Source: an uncultured Acidobacteriota bacterium (GTDB taxonomy: Bacteria; Acidobacteriota; UBA6911). From it: a DNA stretch of 64,000 bases. The stretch spans positions 343,815 through 407,814 of the forward strand of contig CAVRAD010000006.1 in the NCBI GenBank assembly GCA_963718845.1. Reading direction: 5' to 3'. The notes beneath the pieces were generated by a model. It saw only the letters and a list, made by a program, of their open reading frames with translations. It ran no database searches and was not told the DNA's origin. Positions 21,325 through 30,566 of the stretch are shown here, piece after piece (position 1 is the stretch's first letter; every line of letters starts with the position of its first letter). The position numbers were made by a program, and so were the translations under genes.

Positions 21325-22374
21325 TCTCTGCCCCCTTTCCGGTGCAGCAGATAAATAAACAGCGGGGCGCCGCATAGTGCGGTCACGATGCCCACGGGAA
21401 GCTCCGCAGGCGAAAGAATAGTCCTCGCCAGAGTGTCTGCCAATAAAGTGAAAATAGCTCCGAAGATGAAAACCGTCGGGAACAGGATGCGGTTGTCGCT
21501 GCCGAACATCATGCGTCCCATGTGTGGGCATATGAGTCCGATATAGGCGATGGGACCGCTTACGGAAACCACGGCTCCGGTGATGAGCGAAGCCATGATG
21601 TACACGCCGGTTTTGACGCGCCGCACCTCGATCCCCAGTATCATCGCGTCATCCTCTCCCATCCCGATCAGGTTCAGGCTGTGCGAAAAGAAATAAAGCA
21701 CCAGGAATCCCACGATGACCAGAAGGGTTACGGGGTAGATCGAAGCGTCTACGGGCCGGCTGAGATCGCCGATGAGCCAGTAAAAGATCCCGCGCAGGTC
21801 CGCCTGGTTGGTGCTGGTAAGAAGAAAGACGTTGATCGAAGAAAGAAAGGAGGCCAGCACGATGCCGGCCAGCAGCAGCCTCTGCGAACTTTCGCCGGAG
21901 CGCGATGAACCTCCCGCTATTACGTAGACGGCTCCGACCGTGAGCACGGCGCCCAGGAACGCTGCAAGCGGACGGCCATAAACGACGTGGCTGTTGACGA
22001 CGGCAAATCCGATCCACCCGGTGAAGAGGGAATAGAGGATTGTGCCCATGGATGCGCCTGTAGAAACGCCGAGGACGTAGGGATCGGCCAGGGGATTGCG
22101 CAGCAGCGACTGGAAAGCCGTACCGGCCAAAGCCAGAGCCGCTCCCACGAGAGAACCCAGAAGCACCCGGGGCAGGCGAACCGAGAAGAGGACGGATTCC
22201 AGCGGATCTTCGCCGGTGCTGCTGCCCGAAAGTCGTCCGATGAGAAGACGCAGCGCCAGTCCGGACGGGTATGGGGACACTGCCGATATTCAATGAGACC
22301 AGGGCCGCGATGAACCAGATCACCAGCAGGGCGAGGCTTACGGCCAGGATCTTTTTGCCGGACAGACGGTTCAT
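21321..22374 (-). pseudogene. FecCD/BtuC-family ABC permease, with one frame break near 22270
   Basis: The first ~33 codons (MNRLSGKKILAVSLALLVIWFIAALVSLNIGSV) are in ORF 22374-21649. The rest (LRLLIGRL...RLPRVLLGSLVGAALALAGTAFQSLLRNPLADPYVLGVSTGA...) is in ORF 22280-21321. There is an ATGA overlap with the upstream binding-protein gene. Confidence 0.8.
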
Positions 22375-23339
22375 TGAAAGCGCTCCGGATAAAGTTTTTT
22401 CACCAGTTCTTCCACGCCGTCCACAAACAGCGGCGAGGGATGCTGGAGGTATTCGGTCAAAACGTAAACCTTCCCCTGCCGCACAGCCCGCAGGTCGCGC
22501 CAGCCGGCGATTTTTCTGAAGTCCGGGATGGGGTTTCCTTCCTGCTTGACGGTCAGAATGACGTCGGGATTTTTGACGAGAATCTGCTCGAGACTGTACC
22601 GGGGATAGTATTGAGGAATATCCGCGGTTATCGATACCACTCCCGCAAAGCGCAGGACATCATTTTCAAAAGTGTTTTTCCCGGGCGCCAGCAGAGGGTC
22701 GAGCCAGGTGATAAAAAATGCGCGCACGGGAGGAAGCCCGGCGATACGGGATTTGATTTTATCCAGTCGTTCTTGCATCTGCGCGGCGAGCTGATGGCCC
22801 CGCTCCGCACAGTCGGTGATGCGCCCGATTTCTTCGACGGATTGGAGGATCTTTTCGACGTTGCGCTGGGCGGCGACATACACAGGCAGTCCAAGGCCGG
22901 CAAGCTTCATGATCGCGCCGCGGTCGTTTCCCGCGGTTGAGGCGATGACAAGGTCGGGCTTTGCGGCCAGGATAACCTCATAGTTTGGATTGAGCAGGTC
23001 GCCGACTTTCAGTTTCTTTTTTGCTTCTTCCGGCCACGTGCACTGGATTGTTACGCCGATCAGCCGGTCCTGCGCCCCGAGGAGGAAGAGTGTCTCGGTG
23101 ATATTCGGGGCCAGCGAAATAATCCGCTGCGGGTGAGAGGGAAGCTCTACCTGTCGCCCGATGCCGTCGGTGCAGGTAATGCGGTCAGCCGATGGATAAT
23201 TTTGTTTTTCCAGGATTTCAGAAGAAGGTTTGGAGCACCCGATGGCAGCCAGGCAGACGATGAGCAGGAGCAAACGGAATCCGAACGGATTTTGGGGATT
23301 TCTGACGAAGCTGTACTGCCGGCGGAAGCTCAAAAGCAT
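22371..23339 (-). CDS. Periplasmic substrate-binding lipoprotein of a cobalamin/siderophore-type ABC importer (BtuF-like)
   Basis: Lipobox LAAIGCS, PBP type-2 pattern (RIISLAPNITETLFLLGAQDRLIGV, KPDLVIAS). It is the first gene downstream of the cobalamin riboswitch. Confidence 0.8.
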   Translation of the reverse strand: MLLSFRRQYSFVRNPQNPFGFRLLLLIVCLAAIGCSKPSSEILEKQNYPSADRITCTDGIGRQVELPSHPQRIISLAPNITETLFLLGAQDRLIGVTIQCTWPEEAKKKLKVGDLLNPNYEVILAAKPDLVIASTAGNDRGAIMKLAGLGLPVYVAAQRNVEKILQSVEEIGRITDCAERGHQLAAQMQERLDKIKSRIAGLPPVRAFFITWLDPLLAPGKNTFENDVLRFAGVVSITADIPQYYPRYSLEQILVKNPDVILTVKQEGNPIPDFRKIAGWRDLRAVRQGKVYVLTEYLQHPSPLFVDGVEELVKKLYPERFQ

Positions 23340-23379
23340 TTCAGTCTCTTTCTCGCGAAGAGTGGGCTGAAACTGGCGA

Positions 23380-23575
23380 AGAGGCAGGTTTCCTGACTAT
23401 CGGGTCATCGCCGGGCTTCTCACCTTCCCCGTACGTTAGCTGCAACGAGTGGCGGGCGCGTTTGCTCTGCTTATGCCGCAGAAGCCGGCTTTCCGATTAC
23501 AGTGGCGGGACCGTGTGGGACTTTCACCCACTTCCCTTTTACCCCTTGTGGGGCACCTCTGTTCGCATTTCAGAG
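23380..23575 (-). promoter_or_regulatory. Cobalamin (B12) riboswitch
   Basis: The minus strand reads acagaGGTGCcccacaaGGGgtaaaaGGGAAgtgGGTGaaagTCCcacacGGTCCCGCCACTGTaatcgg ... cGGGGAAGGTGAGAAgcc ... gTCAGGAAACCTGCC. The B12 box GCCACTG and the flanking conserved blocks are all present. It ends about 40 nt upstream of the BtuF-like start. Confidence 0.85.
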
Positions 23576-23593
23576 ATCAAAAAGCAAAAATTA

Positions 23594-23623
23594 GATATAC
23601 CATCAAATTCGGAACCTTGTCAA
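23594..23623 (-). promoter_or_regulatory. Putative sigma70-type promoter of the riboswitch/B12-uptake operon
   Basis: On the minus strand, TTGACA (23623-23618) is followed by a 17-18 nt spacer and GTATAT/TATATC (23600-23594). This lies about 20 nt upstream of the first riboswitch helix. Confidence 0.35.
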
Positions 23624-23728
23624 ACAATCGCTAATAGAATGGTGGCAGGTTAGAATTCCCCCATTCCCCCTTATTTCTTCAAAAAAAGGGCAGGGTAGGC
23701 TAGACTTCCGCTTTATTTGAGGAGATGC

Positions 23729-24772
23729 ATGATACGAACGATCGAATGGACCGATGCCGGTGTGGTGATGCTGGATCAGCGATTGCTGCCGACCCAGGAG
23801 ATTTACCGCACATACACGAACCATAGCGAAGTTGCCGAAGCCATTCGCAGCATGGTGGTCCGCGGAGCGCCGGCTATTGGAGTGGCTGCCGCCATGGGGA
23901 TCGCGCTGGGGGCTAGCACATCGAATCCCGGCAGCCTTGCCGAATTGGATCGATTGTTTGAACGCATCTGCTCTGATATTGCATCCACGCGACCGACGGC
24001 GGTGAATTTATTCTGGGCCGTGGAAAGAATGAAAGCCGTCTATCGGAGTACTCGCCCCCAGGGTATCCCGGCCATTTGTTCCGCTCTGATCCATGAATCG
24101 ATCGTAATGCATGCCGAGGACATCGAAGCGAATCGTGCGATGGGACGTTTTGGACAGGAGCTGATTCCGAACAAAGCCCGAGTGCTGACGCACTGCAACG
24201 CCGGTGCTCTGGCGACTGCAGGCTATGGAACGGCACTTGGCGTGATTCGGGCGGCAGTGGAAGCGGGCAAGCAGATCGATGTGTATGCGGATGAAACGCG
24301 CCCGTTCCTTCAGGGAGCCAGGCTGACGGCATGGGAACTGCAGAAGGACGGCATTCCCGTCACCATTATCACCGACAATATGGCTGGCCACTTTATGCAG
24401 AAGGGAAAAATCGACTGTGTCATCGTGGGCGCCGACCGCATTGCAGCCAACGGGGATGTGGCGAACAAGATCGGGACATATTCCGTAGCGGTACTTGCGA
24501 AAGAAAATGGCGTGCCTTTTTTCGTTGCAGCGCCGATTTCCACGCTTGATTTGTCGATTCCTGACGGGAGCCATATCCCGATTGAAGAAAGAGATCCCGA
24601 CGAAGTCCGAAAGATCATGGGAGTCGCGATCACTCCGATTGACGCCAAAGTTGCCAATCCGGCATTTGACGTTACGCCGAATCGTTATGTGCATGCCATC
24701 ATAACCGACCGGGGAATCGCCCGTCCTCCTTTCCATGAATCTTTACAGAAGCTTGCGCGTGGCGATGCGTAA
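23729..24772 (+). CDS. mtnA: S-methyl-5-thioribose-1-phosphate isomerase
   Basis: [35 protein letters not shown] and [21 protein letters not shown] mark the eIF-2B alpha/beta/delta-like family. GAGGAG lies just upstream of the ATG at 23729. Confidence 0.9.
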   Translation: MIRTIEWTDAGVVMLDQRLLPTQEIYRTYTNHSEVAEAIRSMVVRGAPAIGVAAAMGIALGASTSNPGSLAELDRLFERICSDIASTRPTAVNLFWAVERMKAVYRSTRPQGIPAICSALIHESIVMHAEDIEANRAMGRFGQELIPNKARVLTHCNAGALATAGYGTALGVIRAAVEAGKQIDVYADETRPFLQGARLTAWELQKDGIPVTIITDNMAGHFMQKGKIDCVIVGADRIAANGDVANKIGTYSVAVLAKENGVPFFVAAPISTLDLSIPDGSHIPIEERDPDEVRKIMGVAITPIDAKVANPAFDVTPNRYVHAIITDRGIARPPFHESLQKLARGDA

Positions 24773-24806
24773 ACGAATGCAGTTCCGCTTTGAGATCTGA
24801 ACGACG

Positions 24807-25853
24807 ATGCTGATATTAGGCATAGAATCTTCGTGCGATGAAACAGCTGCCGCTCTTTTGGCGGATGGGAATGCTGTGCTCTCCAGCGTCGTTGCTTCCC
24901 AGGTAAATACGCATCGGAGTTTCGGAGGCGTGGTCCCGGAACTGGCGAGCCGCGAGCATTTGCGCAATATCGGATGGGTGGTCCGTCAGGCGTTCGAGGA
25001 TGCCGGAAAAACTTACGATGACATCGAAGGGATCGCGGTCACACACGGCCCCGGCCTTATCGGATCCCTGCTTGTAGGGGTTTCTTTCGCCAAGGCGATG
25101 GCGTTTTCGCTAAAAAAGCCCCTCGTTCCCGTCAATCACATCGAAGGGCACATTTATTCGGCATTTATAGAAAATCCCGGGATCGAATACCCGCTGCTGG
25201 CGCTGGTTGTTTCAGGCGGACACACATCCCTTGTCTTTTCGCCGGAACCCGGTTGCTACCAGTCCATCGGGCGCGCACGGGACGATGCCGCGGGCGAAGC
25301 GCTGGATAAGCTTGCCAAATTCCTGGGTCTGGGCTATCCCGGGGGGCCGTTGATCGACCGGCTGTCGAAAGATGGCGATCCGCGGCGTTTCGCTTTTTCC
25401 ATCCCGAAAATCAGCGACGGCAGCCTTGATTTCAGTTTCAGCGGATTCAAGACTGCGGCGCTGCGCCATATACAATTAGCCGGCATCAAGCCCCGCCGCC
25501 CCGGCGCAAAAATTTCCAAAATCGCCCTGGATCTGGTTACCAGCTATCAGCAGGTTATTATCGATACGCTGGTGCAGCAGACACGGAAGGCCGTATCCCG
25601 CTTTCATCCGCATTCCATAGTGCTGGTCGGCGGGGTGGCATGCAACAGCTTGCTGCGGAGTACATTCAAAAAAACGTTTGAAGAGGAGCCTCAACGCACC
25701 GAAGGGCGTGAACCGGTCCGGGTCTATTATCCCAGCCCGGTTCTGACGACCGATAATGCCGCGATGATTGCCGCGGCAGGCAGACCGAAACTGGAGCGCG
25801 CAGTCCCAAGCGATCTTGAGCTAAATGCCTTTGCGGGCTTGAGACTTTGCTGA
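24807..25853 (+). CDS. tsaD: tRNA N6-adenosine threonylcarbamoyltransferase TsaD
   Basis: MLILGIESSCDETAAALL, VTHGPGLIGSLLVG, NHIEGHI and VSGGHT. Confidence 0.95.
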   Translation: MLILGIESSCDETAAALLADGNAVLSSVVASQVNTHRSFGGVVPELASREHLRNIGWVVRQAFEDAGKTYDDIEGIAVTHGPGLIGSLLVGVSFAKAMAFSLKKPLVPVNHIEGHIYSAFIENPGIEYPLLALVVSGGHTSLVFSPEPGCYQSIGRARDDAAGEALDKLAKFLGLGYPGGPLIDRLSKDGDPRRFAFSIPKISDGSLDFSFSGFKTAALRHIQLAGIKPRRPGAKISKIALDLVTSYQQVIIDTLVQQTRKAVSRFHPHSIVLVGGVACNSLLRSTFKKTFEEEPQRTEGREPVRVYYPSPVLTTDNAAMIAAAGRPKLERAVPSDLELNAFAGLRLC

Positions 25854-25873
25854 GAGAATGTGAAAAAGATATT

Positions 25874-26557
25874 ATGAAACTGTCGGTTGTGATACCCGTC
25901 TATAACGAAAAAACCACCATAATGGAAGTGCTGGGACGCGTTCGGCGTGCGGATCTTCCCAAGGAAATCATTATCGTGGACGACTGCTCTACTGACGGCA
26001 CGCGAGAAATTCTTCAAGCCCTCCCCACGTCGGCAGATTTGAAGATCATTCTTCTGCCCAGGAACTCAGGGAAGGGGGCCGCCCTGCGCTCTGGATTTGC
26101 GGCCGTTTCGGGAGACATCGTGGTGATCCAGGATGCGGACCTCGAATACGATCCGGCCGAATATGGGAATCTTATCCAGCCGATCCTGGCTAATAAAGCC
26201 GATGTCGTCTTCGGCTCGCGATTTCTTGGCGGGCCGCACCGCGTCCTTCTCTTCTGGCACTCGGTCGGGAACTGGATTTTGACGACCTTGTCGAACATGC
26301 TGACCGACCTGAACCTGACGGATATGGAAACCTGCTACAAGGTTTTCCGGGCGGAGGTTTTAAAGAAAATCACTCTGCGCGAAAACCGCTTTGGTTTCGA
26401 ACCCGAGTTCACGGCGAAAGTCAGCAAAGCGCGATGCCGGATTTACGAGGTGCCTATTTCCTACAGCGGGCGCGATTATTCCGAAGGGAAAAAGATCGGC
26501 TGGAAAGACGGCGTCGCCGCCATCTACTTTATCTTCAAATACCGATTTTTCAGTTAA
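25874..26557 (+). CDS. Family 2 glycosyltransferase (polyprenol-phosphate sugar transferase-like)
   Basis: MKLSVVIPVYNE, IIVDDCSTDGT, VVIQDADLEYDP and a C-terminal amphipathic/TM tail. Confidence 0.85.
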   Translation: MKLSVVIPVYNEKTTIMEVLGRVRRADLPKEIIIVDDCSTDGTREILQALPTSADLKIILLPRNSGKGAALRSGFAAVSGDIVVIQDADLEYDPAEYGNLIQPILANKADVVFGSRFLGGPHRVLLFWHSVGNWILTTLSNMLTDLNLTDMETCYKVFRAEVLKKITLRENRFGFEPEFTAKVSKARCRIYEVPISYSGRDYSEGKKIGWKDGVAAIYFIFKYRFFS

Positions 26558-27504
26558 CCGCGATACCAGTCGAGGACTTTCCGGAGGCCGTCTTCCAGTG
26601 AAACCGCGGGTGTGTAGCCCAGCATTTTTCCGGCTTTGCTGACGTCGGCCACGGAATGGCGCACATCGCCTTTGCGAGCGGCTTCATAGGTCGGTTTCAC
26701 TTGGCTGCCCAGGATCCCGTTCAGCTTTTCAATCAACTGATTCAGGCTCGTCTGTGCGCCGCACCCGATATTAAAGGCCTCTCCCGCGACATTCGGACTT
26801 GTGGCAGACTTCCAGTTGGCGTCGATCACATTCGCGACGAAAGTAAAATCTCTCGATTGCTCGCCGTCGCCGAACACGACCGGCTGCTTGCCTGCCAGCA
26901 GCAGCGTACTGAACCGGGGTATAACGGCAGCATAGTGCGAATTCGGATCCTGGCGCGGCCCGAAAACGTTGAAGTATCTCAATGCGACAGTTTCCAGGCC
27001 ATACAGTTGATAGAATAGCCTGCAGTATTCTTCGGTAACAAACTTGCTGAGCGCATAGGGAGAAAGGCATCGTCCCCGGCGGTCTTCCCTCTTAGGCAGG
27101 TTGGGATCATCTCCATAAATCGAGGAGGATGACGCTGCGACAACTCGTTTCACGCCGGCATCGCGCGCTGCAGTCAGCACGGACAGCGTTCCATTGACAT
27201 TCGAAAATTGGGTCGCTGCAGGATTTTCGATTGAGCGGGCGACCGAAGGAATGGCCGCAAGGTGAAATACATAGGAGACGCCATGGAAAACATCGCGCAG
27301 ATGATCCGTTTCGTTGATGTCCATTTGAAGAAACTCGAACCGGCTGCTGGCTTTTTCCGGCCAGCCGACAAGATTCTGCTTCCTGCCCGTGCTCAGATTA
27401 TCGATGACGACTACAGAGTGCCCCATGTTTAGCAGATGCTCCGCCAGGTTGGACCCTATGAACCCTGCGCCGCCGGTTACAGCCATCTTTCCAATCTTAT
27501 CCAT
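26554..27504 (-). CDS. NAD-dependent sugar-nucleotide epimerase/dehydratase (SDR family)
   Basis: Rossmann motif VTGGAGFIGSNL, catalytic YALSK and the ASSSSIYG block. It converges on the GT2 gene with a 4-nt overlap. Confidence 0.85.
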   Translation of the reverse strand: MDKIGKMAVTGGAGFIGSNLAEHLLNMGHSVVVIDNLSTGRKQNLVGWPEKASSRFEFLQMDINETDHLRDVFHGVSYVFHLAAIPSVARSIENPAATQFSNVNGTLSVLTAARDAGVKRVVAASSSSIYGDDPNLPKREDRRGRCLSPYALSKFVTEEYCRLFYQLYGLETVALRYFNVFGPRQDPNSHYAAVIPRFSTLLLAGKQPVVFGDGEQSRDFTFVANVIDANWKSATSPNVAGEAFNIGCGAQTSLNQLIEKLNGILGSQVKPTYEAARKGDVRHSVADVSKAGKMLGYTPAVSLEDGLRKVLDWYRG

Positions 27505-27669
27505 GACCGAATGTCCCTCTGCTGACCGTGTCTTGTTCAACTGCAACACCCGACCGATAGTAGCAAAGATGCCCTGTTTGGGCAATTTGCGACTGCGGAC
27601 TACCGATAGTATCGGACAGTATTTTAGAGGACAGTAGATTATTCTAATGCTGTGATAGAATTACGGACC

Positions 27670-27981
27670 ATGAGAATACGTATTTTCAGCAACGAAGTGG
27701 AAGCGCCCCTTTCTCGCTTTATCGGCAACTTTCTAGGCAATGTGTGCTTTGGCGTCGCCTCATCCCTCAAAACGCCACAGCCCATAAAATCCCTCAAATG
27801 TGAGATCGAAGGCGAGGCTGTACGAATCGAAGTTAATCAAAATCCGGTGCCTCTTAACATGAGCCAGGGATTTTCCAGGATCATTATTCACGACACTATC
27901 CGAGGAATGGTTCGCCATCTCAAACTTGCAGATCCGAACGGCACTATCCGTATTGAAGTAGAGATCGAGGCAGAATCCTAA
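27670..27981 (+). CDS. Hypothetical protein
   Basis: 103-aa ORF from the ATG at 27670 (the track ORF starts at GTG 27652). I recognise no motif, and support is only ORF length and a clean intergenic position. Confidence 0.35.
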   Translation: MRIRIFSNEVEAPLSRFIGNFLGNVCFGVASSLKTPQPIKSLKCEIEGEAVRIEVNQNPVPLNMSQGFSRIIIHDTIRGMVRHLKLADPNGTIRIEVEIEAES

Positions 27982-28006
27982 GTCCCGCGGCATCTCAATT
28001 ATTGCT

Positions 28007-29032
28007 ATGATTCCGGACATTACATGGAGAGATAGAATGGCTCAGCAGGTAAGAACCTCAATACTCGGGTATGTGTTGCTTGTAGTTGCCGGATTCACGG
28101 TCCTTGCAGCCGGGGTGATCCAGTTTCTGCCGGCGCAGTTCAATGACGAACGCCGGCGGACAGACCTCGGTCCCATAGCGCTCCCGGGAGGCTCCACCGT
28201 GGAGTTCAAATCTTATGACTCGCAGACTCTTGGCACCGCGGAGCGATATAGCGTTTTTCTTCCGCCGTCGTTTTCAAAGGAGCCTGCGCGCACCTATCCC
28301 GTGATTTATTTCCTGCATGGCCTTAATAACGACGAAACCAGCTGGACTGTGGACCGCTACGGCAATATTCAAAATGCGCTGGACCAGATGATCGCTTCGG
28401 GGAAAATTCCCGAACTCATAATGGTCCACCCTCGCGGAGATAGTAGTTTTTACTGCAACACCATGGACGGCTCCAAGCGCTATGAAGACCTCATCACCAA
28501 GGAACTCATCAGCTATATGGAAACGCAGTACCGCGCCGCTAAAGGGCGTGAAAACAGGGCGATCGCAGGCACATCCATGGGAGGCTACGGCGCCCTGAAG
28601 ATTGCCATGAAGTATCCGGAGCGGTATGCCGCCGTGGTTGGCCAGTCGCCGATTCTTTTTCCGGGAGCCAACCCGCTGGCGCTTTCCGAGGAGGCGAAGT
28701 CGTCGCGGTTCTATTCGTTTTTTATCAAAATGCTGACGCCGGTATTCGGGGATCCGATCCGGCAGGATCTCTGGGATGCAAACAACCCACTCGTGCTGGC
28801 CAAGAACCGCAAACTCGACGGCCTGAAAATTTATTTTGATTATGGGACCGACGATCGCTATATCCCGATGACGCATCTGGACGAAGGCAACAAAGCTCTG
28901 GCCCGGATCCTGACAGATGCACTTGTCCCCCACACATTCAAAATTCATCCCGGAGAACCGCACGGCTGGGCTTTGATCGCCGCTCATCTGGATGAGACAA
29001 TGCCTTTTCTCAGCGGGACGTTTAAGAAATAA
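28007..29032 (+). CDS. Esterase family protein (alpha/beta hydrolase, putative-esterase type)
   Basis: N-terminal TM/signal, YPVIYFLHGLNNDETSW and the nucleophile elbow GTSMGGYGA. C-terminal segments read DYGTDD and HGW. Confidence 0.8.
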   Translation: MIPDITWRDRMAQQVRTSILGYVLLVVAGFTVLAAGVIQFLPAQFNDERRRTDLGPIALPGGSTVEFKSYDSQTLGTAERYSVFLPPSFSKEPARTYPVIYFLHGLNNDETSWTVDRYGNIQNALDQMIASGKIPELIMVHPRGDSSFYCNTMDGSKRYEDLITKELISYMETQYRAAKGRENRAIAGTSMGGYGALKIAMKYPERYAAVVGQSPILFPGANPLALSEEAKSSRFYSFFIKMLTPVFGDPIRQDLWDANNPLVLAKNRKLDGLKIYFDYGTDDRYIPMTHLDEGNKALARILTDALVPHTFKIHPGEPHGWALIAAHLDETMPFLSGTFKK

Positions 29033-29086
29033 TTCCGGATTCCGGATTTCGAGATTTTTCTTTTTTGTGACAGTGCTGACAAAAAA

Positions 29087-29350
29087 ATGTGGGTCGGGGA
29101 TTCAGAGTCTGTCTCAAAACCTGCTCATTGAGCGGGCTTACAGCCCTTTTCTTATTTGTCGTTTCATTCCTAGGGCTTCGCCCTAGGCTGATATAGAACG
29201 CGCCTTCGGCGCTTTAACAGCTGTAATATTAGAGACTTAAAGGCCGAAGGCGCGTTCTATACCAGCCTGGGGCGAAGCCCCAGGAAGGTCGCAAAGAAAA
29301 TGAAGGGCTGTAAGCCGCTCAATGCGTTTAGACAGCCTCTTAGCCGACGC
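29087..29350. repeat. Nested-palindrome MITE/REP-like element, copy A (right end degenerate)
   Basis: It is collinear with 56592-56872: atgtgggtcgggg..gtctcaaaac..cattgagcgggcttacagccc..cctagggcttcgccctaggctgatatag..gcgccttcggcgc.. centre ..gccgaaggcgcg..ataccagcctggggcgaagccccagg..gggctgtaagccgctcaatg.. Confidence 0.75.
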
Positions 29351-29497
29351 TTTGGAGAGAACTTCAATACTGCTAATGGATGGCCCTTAATTTTCTTTCG
29401 CGATAAATCGGTTTCCACGTTATGCGAGGCTTGATAATTCAAAATGCTCGGCTTGCACAAGTGACCTGACAACTCAAATACGGAAAAAGCGCTGCGG

Positions 29498-30566
29498 TTG
29501 GGATTCTTCAAAGTCGGGATCACGCCTGCTCGTCCTTTGCCGGACAGGGAACGATTTGCGAAGTGGCTGCGCGAAGGGATGCATGGGGAGATGCGCTACA
29601 TGGAGCGCCAGGCTCCCAAGCGCCTTGATCCTGGACTGGTTCTTGATGGCGCGCGCTCTATTCTTGTTCTGGCTTTGAACTACTATGCGGCAGGCACATA
29701 TTCAGACTCACCTATAAAGGGGAAAATCAGCCGTTATGCTTGGGGCGACGATTACCATGATATCGTCAAGGATCGCCTTGAGGCAGTGCTCGCTTTCATT
29801 AAGAAAATGGAGCCGTCTGCCAAGGGGCTTTGCTACGCGGATACCGGGCCTGTGATGGAAAAGGCGTGGGGGGCTCTAAGCGCCGTCGGCTGGATGGGAA
29901 AAAACACAACACTAATTTCACGCAGTCACGGATCCTGGTTTTTCATTGGCGTCATCCTGCTTAATATCGAGCTCGAGTATGATCCCGGGGGACGGAATTA
30001 TTGTGGGCGATGCGACCGGTGCATTCAGGCGTGCCCTGCCGGAGCGATTATTGCTCCCTATGTGCTCGACGCGCGATTCTGTATTTCGTATCTTACACAA
30101 CTGCGCGGACCCATTCCGCGTCCTTTGCGTCCCCTGATGGGAAATCGAATCTTCGGATGCGATGAATGCCAGGAGGTATGTCCCTGGAATCGATTTGCAG
30201 TCAAGACATCCGAGCCAGGGTTTCATCCCAGGAAAGGAAATCTCGTGCCGGATCTTGCTCCGCTGGTTGAAATGTCAGATGGAAGAATTTTCCCGGCGAT
30301 TCAAAAAAAGCCCGATCTATCAGACGACTCGGGATGGATTTGTGCGGAACGTAGTTGTAGCTCTTGGTAATTCAGGTAGTAGCGCGGCGGTGCCGGCTTT
30401 GGAAAAAGGCCTGCAGGATGCCAGCCCATTGGTGCGAGCCCACGCCGCATGGGCGATGGGCCGGATCGCCGATAAACGCGTTCGCAGGATTCTTGAATCG
30501 GCCCGGGCGAAGGAGACACATCCGATGGTGCTCGAGGAGATAACTTTTGGCGGATGGAGGAATATA
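29498..30566 (+). pseudogene. queG: Epoxyqueuosine reductase QueG, with a frame break at about 30281 and no stop before the helicase start
   Basis: RYMERQ, CGRCDRCIQACPAGAI, CISYLT and FGCDECQEVCPWNRF are in ORF 29498-30370. The HEAT-like C-terminus (EEFSRRFKKSPIYQTTRDGFVRNVVVALGN..LVRAHAAWAMGRI) is in the frame of ORF 30162-32270. The shift occurs at gatGGaagaa. Confidence 0.8.
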
